Positions 28,476 to 36,681 of a stretch of 64,000 nucleotides of DNA are shown here, one piece after another. The DNA is from Candidatus Nomurabacteria bacterium (GTDB lineage: Bacteria; Patescibacteriota; Minisyncoccia; Phycocordibacterales; SBAW01). The notes beneath the pieces are model-generated. The model saw only the letters and a program-made list of their open reading frames with translations, searched no databases and was not told where the DNA came from. The stretch is taken from the NCBI GenBank assembly GCA_943349945.1, contig CALQZS010000001.1, positions 130,803-194,802 on the forward strand, in the 5' to 3' direction. The translations under genes were made by a program, and so were the position numbers. Position 1 is the stretch's first letter. Every line of letters starts with the position of its first letter.

Positions 28476-29246
28476 CTATAGTTCGCGCTTACCCAGCAAA
28501 AGCGACGCGCCAAACAAAAGCACCCCCGCGTAGAGCACCGCGTAGGCAACAGTGGTGAGCATGTGCGCCGTGGTGGGCACCCCGCCGTACAGCACCAACT
28601 CGCGCACGTTAAACTTTTCGAGGTTGGGCAATATGTAGTAGAGGCTCGTCAGCACCGGCTGCAGCGCGGCAGGCGCCGACAGCGCCGGCAAGAGCGACAA
28701 AGAATGCCCGATGTATAAACAGACAATAGTGTAGACCGTGGACGCAAGCGGCCGCGCAAAGGTAGAAAAAAATATAGCCAACGCGATGATGAGCCCTAGC
28801 TCCAACAATTCGTACCCCACGGCAAACATAGCCCCCGTATCTACCCCGCCGCCGCCGTACCACACCAGCCCCAGGTATACCGCGAGCATCCCCGCCACCG
28901 ACACCGCCACGCTGGCAAGCAGGCCACTAAACTTGCCCACCACCATTTGCCAACGGCTCACCGGCTTGGACAAAATAAAGTATGCGGTTTTTCTTTCGAG
29001 CTCTTTAAACACCAAGGACGTCGCCAAAAAGATGGTGATGAGCAAGCCAAAGAGATACATCCCCGCCAACCCCAAACTCCGCACTATGTGCAAGTTTTCG
29101 CCCAGCGATATCGAACCCAAAAACAGCGTAAAGGTGCTAAAGATAAACGCAAAAATCCAGATGCCGTACAGCACCTTGTCGCGCACATTTTCTATAAACG
29201 TGCTCTGCATCAATACAAACAGGGTATGTGCTATGCGGGATATCAT
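28476..29246 (-). CDS. ABC-2 family transporter permease
   Basis: 256 aa with 6 TM segments. It overlaps the ATPase gene by 4 nt. Confidence 0.7.
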   Translation of the reverse strand: MISRIAHTLFVLMQSTFIENVRDKVLYGIWIFAFIFSTFTLFLGSISLGENLHIVRSLGLAGMYLFGLLITIFLATSLVFKELERKTAYFILSKPVSRWQMVVGKFSGLLASVAVSVAGMLAVYLGLVWYGGGGVDTGAMFAVGYELLELGLIIALAIFFSTFARPLASTVYTIVCLYIGHSLSLLPALSAPAALQPVLTSLYYILPNLEKFNVRELVLYGGVPTTAHMLTTVAYAVLYAGVLLFGASLLLGKREL

Positions 29247-29953
29247 GCTGTTTTGGTTATGGCGGTAATGGTGTCTACAAACTGCTCTTCGAGCGAGCGT
29301 CCGTGGGTAAACGCGTCGACCGCCCCCGCATACACCAGTGAACCCCGGTGCAAGATGCCTATCTGGTCGCAGATTTCTTCCATATCAAACAAAATATGCG
29401 AGTTAAAGAAAACTGTTTTGCCTTGTGCCTTGAGGTCGAGGATTATTTTTTTTAATTCCAAGCGGCCAATAGGGTCCAAGCCGTCGAGCGGCTCATCCAA
29501 AAAGATATAGTCGGGGTCGTTGACTATTGCTTGGGCAAACCCCAGGCGCTGCTTCATACCTTTGGAGTAGTCGGCTATGGTGAGGTCGCGCGCCTCGTAT
29601 ATCCCCACCCGCTCTAACAACTCGCCGCAGGCCTGTTTTGTTTTAGGGTAGCGAAAGAGGTGCGAACAAAAACACAAAAACTCTAGACCCGTCAGGTGGC
29701 CATAGTAGTGCGGCGTCTCGGGCATAAAGCCGATGCGCTCGCGCACCGAGCGGTGCGTCGGCGCCACTTTGTCTATCAAAATAGAGCCTGCATTTGGCTG
29801 GTTGAGCCCCACCAGCATTTTGATGGTGGTGGTTTTGCCCGCGCCGTTTTGCCCCAAAAAACCAAACACCGTGCCTTGCGGCACGGTAAACGAAACGTTA
29901 TCGATCACAACTCGACCAAGGATTTTTTTGTGTATACCCTGCACTTCTAGCAT
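29243..29953 (-). CDS. ABC transporter ATP-binding protein
   Basis: Walker A GQNGAGKTTT, signature LSGGMKQRL-like (YSKGMKQRL), and Walker B IFLDEP. Confidence 0.9.
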   Translation of the reverse strand: MLEVQGIHKKILGRVVIDNVSFTVPQGTVFGFLGQNGAGKTTTIKMLVGLNQPNAGSILIDKVAPTHRSVRERIGFMPETPHYYGHLTGLEFLCFCSHLFRYPKTKQACGELLERVGIYEARDLTIADYSKGMKQRLGFAQAIVNDPDYIFLDEPLDGLDPIGRLELKKIILDLKAQGKTVFFNSHILFDMEEICDQIGILHRGSLVYAGAVDAFTHGRSLEEQFVDTITAITKTA

Positions 29954-29985
29954 AGAGCTATTATACGCAGTGCAGGTGCCCCGTG

Positions 29986-31104
29986 CTAGTCATTGTCTGG
30001 CAGCAAATCAATATCGCCCACGCGTGGCAGCGCGCCATCAAAGCGTCGCTCCGCCTTGAGGTACGTCTCGAGTTCTACAGCGCTCTGCAGCGCAGTATCA
30101 AACTGCACCACCGCCGTGTCATAGTCGGCTGCACCAAAGGCAGTGTCGCCCGCACTCATCAGCACGCTGGTCGAAGCAAGCACGGTTTGGACATACTCTG
30201 CCAATTTTTCATCTTTTAGAGAAAGAGCGTGGATACGCCCAAGCACCAAACGCGTACGCGCCTTCAATTGTGCTGCAACAGCTTGGCCACTAAGCGACCC
30301 TTCGTCTGGCGCCGGCGCAGCCACCTGCGGCACTGGCTCGCTGGTTGTTGCCGCTATGGACATCACTTTGGCTGCTTTTGCAGCCACTGCCACAGGCTCG
30401 CTCCGGCGCTCCAAGACCACACGCTTACTTTCTTTGACAGGCTTGTTTGCCTCTGCTGCTGCGGTGGCGTGCATCCGCACCCGTACCGCAAACTTTCGCG
30501 ATGTGTTTTTTGTTTCTTCGTCGGGACTTTGTTCGCCCAAGTGGCTCAACACTGCATCGTTGACCGCCAAGGACGACGCGAGTTGCGTGCTAATTTGTGC
30601 TGCGGCACCTGGGTCCTCTATCTCGAGCACCTCTGTCAAAGACTGCGCTGCCGCCACATGCTCGTCGAGCTGCAGCTGCAGCTGCTCTGCCACGGTGGTC
30701 GTAAACTTGCCCTGCGAGGCAAGATCTTGTGCCTCTTCTACGCGACGCTCGGCCAATACTGCTTGCGCCTCGGCTTTGGCGGTGGGCGTTGTGGCAAGTG
30801 CTATTTCTACAAACTCGTTTACGTGGATCTTCACCGCGTACAGCAAGTCGCCAGGCAATGCGGTTTGTGCCGCGTAGCTGGTGCCGCCGCCGCTACCCGC
30901 TACAAACACAAACAATATGAGTGCCGCGAAGGTACGCTGCAATACTACATGGTTGAATATAAAAAAGTGATACGGACTTTGCACCAAGGGAGACGCGGGG
31001 TTAAGCGCCATGCGCTCGCTCAGGCGGGCACGCAAAGTAGCCTTCTCTTGTACAGTAAGGCGGACACGCAAACCTTCGTTTTTAAATTCTTCGGTAAATT
31101 TCAT
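29986..31104 (-). CDS. putative anti-sigma factor (single TM, Ala/Glu-rich coiled-coil extracytoplasmic domain)
   Basis: ATGA overlap with the upstream ECF sigma gene. N-terminal cytoplasmic segment, then a TM helix at about residues 60-80. Confidence 0.5.
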   Translation of the reverse strand: MKFTEEFKNEGLRVRLTVQEKATLRARLSERMALNPASPLVQSPYHFFIFNHVVLQRTFAALILFVFVAGSGGGTSYAAQTALPGDLLYAVKIHVNEFVEIALATTPTAKAEAQAVLAERRVEEAQDLASQGKFTTTVAEQLQLQLDEHVAAAQSLTEVLEIEDPGAAAQISTQLASSLAVNDAVLSHLGEQSPDEETKNTSRKFAVRVRMHATAAAEANKPVKESKRVVLERRSEPVAVAAKAAKVMSIAATTSEPVPQVAAPAPDEGSLSGQAVAAQLKARTRLVLGRIHALSLKDEKLAEYVQTVLASTSVLMSAGDTAFGAADYDTAVVQFDTALQSAVELETYLKAERRFDGALPRVGDIDLLPDND

Positions 31105-31637
31105 GATTGTGCTTCTGGTTCCATGAGCGTACGGAGCTTTTTGAGCCCGCGGTGTATCCGCACCGATACCACATTTTCGCTCTCTTCTATCGACTCTGCA
31201 ATCTCTTTTGGACTAAAGCCCTCTATATAGCGCAGCGCCAACACCTCGCGGTATGGGTCGGCCAACTTGGCCAGCGCCGCGAGCGCGCGCTTGCCGTCGA
31301 AGCGGTCCATAGCAGCTTCGAGCGCGTTTGTCTCGTCGGCAGGTAAAAGGGACTCCACCGTCTCGCCGCCCTCGCCGCTTTCGACCATCTGTTCGAGCGA
31401 TGTGGTTTTGTGCTTGCGGTACTCGTCGACAATAAGGTTATGTAGCGTGCGGTAAAAGAAGGGACGGTAGTCGTGGATTTCTTCGCCGCGCGAGACATAG
31501 GCCCACGCACGCAGAAAAGTCTCTTGCGTCAAGTCGAGCGCCCGCTCCCTGTCGGAGAGCCTGAGTGTCGCATGCCGGAAAAGCTCGTCGGCATACCGCT
31601 CAAAGGCAGCAGTAAATTGTTTTTCTGTGTCTACCAT
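31101..31637 (-). CDS. ECF-type RNA polymerase sigma factor (sigma-70 family)
   Basis: Region 2 (DLTQETFLRAW) and region 4 (YIEGFSPKEIAESIE...VRIHRGLKKLR) motifs. Confidence 0.85.
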   Translation of the reverse strand: MVDTEKQFTAAFERYADELFRHATLRLSDRERALDLTQETFLRAWAYVSRGEEIHDYRPFFYRTLHNLIVDEYRKHKTTSLEQMVESGEGGETVESLLPADETNALEAAMDRFDGKRALAALAKLADPYREVLALRYIEGFSPKEIAESIEESENVVSVRIHRGLKKLRTLMEPEAQS

Positions 31638-31710
31638 ATATAGAGACGGATGAGAGCCTCTACTCTTTCATCGCCTACCTATTCTACCCTATACAACCCG
31701 TACACTAGAC

Positions 31711-31745
31711 GCAAAAACACCACCCCTAAACAGGGTGGTGTTTTT
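31711..31745. terminator. bidirectional rho-independent terminator (terminates the minus-strand hammerhead-containing transcript)
   Basis: caccacccctaaacagggtggtg flanked by an A-run and a T-run (gcaaaaa / ttttt). Confidence 0.6.
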
Positions 31746-31855
31746 AAACATCCATAGGGCCACGAGCCATGCACAGTGGTTAGAGGAGAGAGTTTTTTGC
31801 TCCGTCTTGGCTAGTGCAATTTGGAGCTTCTCACACAGCGTGACTCATGACCCTA

Positions 31856-31909
31856 TAGAGATTTTTACCTTTTCGTCCTTTTGGACTCATCAGCCCGGGC
31901 ACACACCCG
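31856..31909 (-). ncRNA. hammerhead ribozyme, type III topology
   Basis: Minus-strand RNA: GACUUUC^CUCGGG-UGUGUG-CCCGGG-CUGAUGA-GUCC-AAAA-GGAC-GAA-AAGGU. All core nucleotides are present: C3-A9 CUGAUGA, G12A13A14, A15.1:U16.1, cleavage-site C17, and G10.1:C11.1. Stem I is a 6-bp hairpin, stem II a 4-bp hairpin, and stem III is an open 5-bp helix. Predicted cleavage is between window positions 31903/31902. Confidence 0.7.
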
Positions 31910-32009
31910 AGGAAAGTCGGACGACACGCAGCGTTGTTGCGCCGTGTCGCCCGTTAGCCCCGGACTAGCCGGGGCGGCCGGGGATGATTTTGCGGTAATC
32001 ATCCTGTTG

Positions 32010-32402
32010 TTAGGTGCCGCATATAGCGGCCACGAACTGCTTCGCAAGTTCTTGGCGATTCAGTTCTGACGCCCGATCGTCGCTGGGGACGCACGGGGAC
32101 TTAGTTAACCCGTACGCCAAAGAAGCGTAACTCACCGCCATCGACGGATTGTAACCGCCCCAAAAGCGAGCGGCCTCAGCCGCTGCCAGAACGGCGAACT
32201 TCTTCGCCGCCTGTGAGTCCTCAATGGACACATCGAATGGTCGGTCAGCGTGACCGAAAACCCCAAAAAGGGCCCTTTCGATTTCATAGAGTACCCGCTC
32301 TGAAATCTCTCCACCCACTATCATCCATTGGACGACCTGTGGGTTGGGCATCCACAGCCCAGCGACAACAAGCGCTGCCATTCGCGCATGTACTATTGTC
32401 AT
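32010..32402 (-). CDS. hypothetical protein (130 aa) embedded in the ribozyme/leader locus
   Basis: RBS ACGGAGAG 5 nt before the ATG. Third-position GC is about 59%, comparable to a neighbouring real gene (Maf, about 63%). No recognisable family. Coding status needs confirmation. Confidence 0.45.
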   Translation of the reverse strand: MTIVHARMAALVVAGLWMPNPQVVQWMIVGGEISERVLYEIERALFGVFGHADRPFDVSIEDSQAAKKFAVLAAAEAARFWGGYNPSMAVSYASLAYGLTKSPCVPSDDRASELNRQELAKQFVAAICGT

Positions 32403-32592
32403 TTTACTCTCCGTTTTTTTGAGCGTTGGATTTTGCCAACGCTCGGGTTTAGAACATCAGGGTGCAATTTCTTGCGATCCCTCTTGCCGCACCGAGCATT
32501 AGAGTGCATCCATCTGCACTAGGCAGACAGGCTCATGACTCGGTAAGGCGAAGAGGAACAACAAAGGTGATCTTTCGATCGTTTGTTATTTC

Positions 32593-32634
32593 CCGACGCC
32601 AATATTTGGGTCGGGATCCCGACTTTGCGGGATC
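32593..32634 (-). promoter_or_regulatory. mutually exclusive hairpin set in 5' leader (attenuator/riboswitch-like expression platform)
   Basis: Three overlapping alternative helices: cccgac...gtcggg, gtcgggatcccgac, and gatcccg-acttt-cgggatc. Confidence 0.35.
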
Positions 32635-32773
32635 TATTCGCTATTCTTTTGTCAAAGAATGTCTCTCTTTCGAGAGAAGTCGGATGGCAAAATGGGCCAA
32701 ATATAAAAGATGTGCCTTTTGCCGTCCGGCTTCTCCCTACGACTCTCTCCTCTAAGAGGTAATCGTTAAACCC

Positions 32774-32802
32774 ATTATACCCCCTTATTCCGAGTTTGTC
32801 AA
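32774..32802 (-). promoter_or_regulatory. consensus sigma70 promoter (TTGACA-17-TATAAT) driving leader and 130-aa ORF
   Basis: Minus strand reads cTTGACAaactcggaataagggggTATAATggg, a perfect -35 and -10 with a 17-nt spacer. It lies about 360 nt upstream of the ORF start. Confidence 0.6.
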
Positions 32803-32889
32803 GTAGTTCGAGGCGCTCATAACCAAACAGGCAAAATAGCCCTATACATAAGGCTTTTTAGGCACTCTAGAGCCTGCCTTGCTTTGTAG

Positions 32890-34056
32890 CTACCGCACAG
32901 CCTTTGCAACCGCCTCCATGACCCCTTTGTCGAAGGGCCCAGGGATTATTTTGTCTGCCGTAGGCTTTTTGACCAGCGCAGCCAAGTTGTGGGCGGCAGC
33001 CAACTTCATCTTGTCGGTGATTTTGGTGACCTTGTGGTCGAGCGCTCCGCGGAAGATGCCGGGGAATGCTAGCGAATTGTTGATTTGGTTTGGGAAGTCG
33101 CTCCGCCCTGTGGCCACCACAGCTGCCCCTCCCCGCATAGCATCGCCCGGCATAATTTCGGGAGTCGGGTTGGCAAGCCCAAAAACAATCGCACGCGGTG
33201 CCATCATTTGCACGTGCCGCGCCTGCATCAGCCCCGGGCCAGAAACCCCCACCACAGCGTCCGCCCCCGCAAGCGCATCTTCTAAACCTCCCTGTATCTT
33301 GCGTGGGTTTGTGTGTTTGGCCAGCGCCTGCTTGTGCGGCTCGTTACTATTCACCGTGATGATTCCTTTACTGTCGAGGACGATTACATCTTTAACACCC
33401 GCCAAGAGCAGCAGCTTGGTTACGGCGGTGCCTGCAGCACCCGCGCCAGCCACTACTACTTTTAATTTCTTTAGATCTTTCTTTACCACCTTTGCTGCGT
33501 TAATGAGCGCTGCGAGCACCACAATTGCTGTGCCGTGCTGGTCGTCGTGCATCACGGGGATGTTGAGCGCCGCCTTTACCCTGTCTTCTATCTCAAAACA
33601 ATTGGGCGCAGTAAAGTCTTCGAGGTTGATGCCACCGAATGCGGGCGCAATGCGCACAATAGTCTCGACAATCTCGTCGACGTTTTGTGTATCGAGCACA
33701 ATCGGGAATGCGTCTACGTCTGCAAACGACTTAAACAGCGCAGCCTTACCCTCCATAACCGGCAGCGCACCATAGGGCCCGATGTTGCCCAACCCCAACA
33801 CTGCCGAGCCGTCGGAGATAACCGCGACCATGCGTTTTTTTATTGTGTATTCTTTTGCGAGCGTCTCTTGTTTTTTTGTTGGGTGGAGTTTGCCTTTAGT
33901 GCCCGCGACAAGTGTCGACACCGCCGCCACGCCCGGCGTGTATACCAAACTCAAGTCGTCTCTGTTTGTAACGGGCGCTGCTGCCTGGATGCGAATTTTA
34001 CCCCCGAGTTTTTTGTGTAATGCAATTGCCTTTGCTGCGGTGTCGTTTTTTGCCAT
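32890..34056 (-). CDS. maeB: NAD(P)-dependent malic enzyme
   Basis: Malic enzyme NAD-binding and N-terminal domains (GAGAAGTAV...). Start moved to MAKNDTAAKAIALHKKLGGKI (34054-34056) to remove a 5' overlap with recG. Confidence 0.85.
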   Translation of the reverse strand: MAKNDTAAKAIALHKKLGGKIRIQAAAPVTNRDDLSLVYTPGVAAVSTLVAGTKGKLHPTKKQETLAKEYTIKKRMVAVISDGSAVLGLGNIGPYGALPVMEGKAALFKSFADVDAFPIVLDTQNVDEIVETIVRIAPAFGGINLEDFTAPNCFEIEDRVKAALNIPVMHDDQHGTAIVVLAALINAAKVVKKDLKKLKVVVAGAGAAGTAVTKLLLLAGVKDVIVLDSKGIITVNSNEPHKQALAKHTNPRKIQGGLEDALAGADAVVGVSGPGLMQARHVQMMAPRAIVFGLANPTPEIMPGDAMRGGAAVVATGRSDFPNQINNSLAFPGIFRGALDHKVTKITDKMKLAAAHNLAALVKKPTADKIIPGPFDKGVMEAVAKAVR

Positions 34057-34116
34057 GCGGTTGGTCAGATAAATGGATATGCCTTTATTGTAGCAAGCTT
34101 TTGGTATGATTGTTGC

Positions 34117-36378
34117 ATGGAGCTTGCCGACCTGCTTACCCAACACTTCCGCCTGAGCGAGCCACACAGGCAAGCGCTGCACAAGCTCGGCATACACAGC
34201 ATTGGCGACCTTGTGCACCACTTCCCCTCTCGCTATGAGGCGCCAGGCAATGAGTCGGCCATTGCGGGGCTCACTCTTGGCATGGACGCAGCCGTTACCG
34301 GGGTACTAGAAAAATTGGAGACAAAAAAGTCGTGGAAGCGGCGCATCCCCGTGTCGGAAGGATATTTGCGTGACAGCAGCGGACACATCAAGCTGATGTG
34401 GTTTAACCAGCCATACATAGCCAAGATGTATATGGACGGCACGACGGTGCGTGCCACGGGCAAAGTGTCGGGCTCGGCCGGAAAACTCTACCTCGCCAAC
34501 CCGCAGCTGGAAAAAGTTTCTGCTACAGAAGACGAATTGTTTACGGAGCAGCAGCATCCTGAAGAAAATGGTCTGGCCTCGCTTGCCCGACGTCCCGGCT
34601 CGCCGGGACTTGCGGGCGACGAGGAGAACCGAGGACCTTTTCGGAAGGATGCTGCTGCGAAGTTGTTCGCCGTCTATCCCGAAAGCCGCGGGGTTACATC
34701 GCTGTGGCTACGGCACGCAATACAAAAAATACTCTCCCACTCTGTACAAGGGTTACCCTTGGTAGAGCAGGTGCAAGACCCCATCCCGCCCGAGATTTTA
34801 AAACGCTACAACCTCCCCACCCTTAAAGCCGCTTTGGTGTGGATCCACACCCCCGAAAAACAAAAAGACGCCGACGCGGCGCGCAAGCGCTTTGCCTTTG
34901 AAGAAGTTTTTTTGATCCAGCTCGAGCGCAGGCAAGAGCGCATGCGCGCACTGCACGAGCAAAGCTTTGCGGTGGATGCACCGCCCCAGGCAATTGCCGA
35001 GTTTATGCAGACCTTCCCCTTTGCGGCAACGGGTGCGCAGCAGCGCGCGGTCGAACATATATTGACCGACATGCGCTCCGGCCAACCTATGTCGCGCCTG
35101 CTCGAGGGCGACGTAGGCAGCGGCAAAACTGCAGTAGCCGCCACCGCCGCATACGCGGCGGTACGCACACGCCCCACAAACCAAAACTTCGGCACACTCC
35201 AAGTAGCCTACATGGCGCCCACCGAGATTTTGGCCAAGCAACATTTCGAGTCGTTTATAAAATATTTTGTCCCCTTCCCCATAAACATCGGACTCATCAC
35301 CGGCTCGGGCTGTTTTAAATTCCCCTCTAAAGCGAGGCGAGGCGAAGCCACCACCATCTCGCGCACGCAACTGCTCAAGTGGGTGGCGGGGGGCGAAATT
35401 CCAATTTTAATTGGCACGCATGCACTTATTGAAAAGGCAGTGCAGTTTAAACACCTGAGTCTGGTGGTGATAGACGAGCAGCATCGCTTTGGCACCAACC
35501 AGCGCAAAAAGCTTGCCCGCAAAAACGGCGACGCGCGGATCCCCCACCTTCTTTCTATGACCGCCACCCCAATACCCCGCACCTTGGCGCTGACCGCCTA
35601 CGGCGACCTAGACCTGACGCTACTCGACGAGATGCCCGCAGGCCGCAAACCAATTATTACGGAAATTGTAAAACCCACAGAGCGTTCGCGAGCGTACGCA
35701 AAAATGCACGAGCAGCTGGCGGAAGGTCGCCAAGCGTATGTGATTTGCCCGCGCATAGACGAACCAGACCCAGAAAAAGCATTCGCTCTTCAAGCCAAGT
35801 CTGTCACCGCCGAGGCCAAGCGACTTAAAAAAGAGGTCTTCCAACAATATGAACTTGCGATATTACACAGCAAGATGACCCCAAAAGAAAAAGACGAGGT
35901 TATGGCGCGCTTTGCCCGGCACGAGATAGACATCCTGGTGGCCACGTCTGTGGTCGAGGTGGGGGTCAACGTGCCCAACGCGACTATGATCTTTATCGAA
36001 GGTGCCGAGCGTTTTGGCCTAGCCCAGCTGCACCAGCTGCGCGGGCGCGTGGTACGCTCCAACCACCAGGCATACTGTTTTGTCTGCCCCGAAAGCCGCG
36101 GAGAACATACACTCGCAAGACTCAAAGCCTTGGTAACGGCAAAAAATGGGTTCGAGTTGGCCGAGCAGGACTTGATGCAGCGCGGCCCCGGCGAACTTTC
36201 GGGCCGCAAACAATGGGGCATCTCGGACATCGGCATGGAAGCGCTTAAAAATATAAAACTGGTAGAAGCGGCACGCACTGAAGCGCTCAACATAATAGAA
36301 ACAGATGCCGAGCTTGGGCACTACCCACTCCTTAAAGAGGCACTTGCCCTAAGGGCCAAGGCACTACATTTCGAGTGA
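34117..36378 (+). CDS. recG: ATP-dependent DNA helicase RecG
   Basis: 753 aa with a wedge domain and helicase motifs (GDVGSGKT, DEQHRFG). Confidence 0.9.
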   Translation: MELADLLTQHFRLSEPHRQALHKLGIHSIGDLVHHFPSRYEAPGNESAIAGLTLGMDAAVTGVLEKLETKKSWKRRIPVSEGYLRDSSGHIKLMWFNQPYIAKMYMDGTTVRATGKVSGSAGKLYLANPQLEKVSATEDELFTEQQHPEENGLASLARRPGSPGLAGDEENRGPFRKDAAAKLFAVYPESRGVTSLWLRHAIQKILSHSVQGLPLVEQVQDPIPPEILKRYNLPTLKAALVWIHTPEKQKDADAARKRFAFEEVFLIQLERRQERMRALHEQSFAVDAPPQAIAEFMQTFPFAATGAQQRAVEHILTDMRSGQPMSRLLEGDVGSGKTAVAATAAYAAVRTRPTNQNFGTLQVAYMAPTEILAKQHFESFIKYFVPFPINIGLITGSGCFKFPSKARRGEATTISRTQLLKWVAGGEIPILIGTHALIEKAVQFKHLSLVVIDEQHRFGTNQRKKLARKNGDARIPHLLSMTATPIPRTLALTAYGDLDLTLLDEMPAGRKPIITEIVKPTERSRAYAKMHEQLAEGRQAYVICPRIDEPDPEKAFALQAKSVTAEAKRLKKEVFQQYELAILHSKMTPKEKDEVMARFARHEIDILVATSVVEVGVNVPNATMIFIEGAERFGLAQLHQLRGRVVRSNHQAYCFVCPESRGEHTLARLKALVTAKNGFELAEQDLMQRGPGELSGRKQWGISDIGMEALKNIKLVEAARTEALNIIETDAELGHYPLLKEALALRAKALHFE

Positions 36379-36531
36379 CAAGAAGAAAGGGATTTCCCCT
36401 TACAGGGGCAGTACAGGTCTCGTATCGCACTTCATAAACTTTATGCGATATACTCGACCTTTTCAATCCCTGCACATACAGTGCATAGGCACTGTATTCG
36501 CGCCAATACTCGCTATGCTCGTTCTATTGTG

Positions 36532-36603
36532 TGGGCGCGGCAGGGATTGAACCTGCGACCAGTCGTGTATAAGACGACCGCTCTACCACTGAGCTACGCG
36601 CCC
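36532..36603 (-). tRNA. tRNA-Ile (UAU)
   Basis: Acceptor GGGCGCG/CGCGCCC, D-arm GCTCAGTGGTAGAGC, anticodon stem GTCGT/ACGAC with loop CTTATAC, and T-arm GCAGG-TTCAATC-CCTGC. Confidence 0.75.
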
Positions 36604-36681
36604 GTGCTTCATACTCTATCTCAAACTAGGTCTTCATGCTATCCTGCCGGAGGTATCAACAGTACACAAGGAGGACTACCC

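Noticed and set aside
31870-32230. Plus-strand RNase P RNA (rnpB) candidate suggested by GAGGAAAGUCGGAC (P4-like) and GC-rich hairpins
   Set aside because: Other universally conserved RNase P regions are absent. These are GGUAAGAGCGCACC-like (CR-II), AGGGCAGG, the CAAGGCCAAA-type CR-IV and ACAGAA..GGCUUA (CR-V). The proposed P4 3' strand pairs only 5 bp. The complementary strand forms a complete hammerhead instead.
32403-32460. Second hammerhead-like CUGAUG in the leader (ctgatgttctaaac) and one at about 6996
   Set aside because: CUGAUGU is not CUGAUGA, and no stem II / GAAA follows. The 6996 site has CUGAUGA but no hairpin plus GAAA.
32879-33775. 298-aa plus-strand ORF
   Set aside because: Antisense to the well-supported malic enzyme gene. 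Low-complexity Ala/Ser/Thr composition.
34057-34221. Apparent 105-bp head-to-head overlap of malic enzyme and recG coding regions
   Set aside because: It is resolved by using the internal ATG (34054-34056, MAKNDTAAK...) for the malic enzyme, which matches typical N-termini of the short bacterial malic enzymes.
36481-36681. N-terminal 67 codons of track ORF 36481..37599
   Set aside because: They overlap tRNA-Ile on the opposite strand. pyrB has a strong RBS and ATG at 36682.
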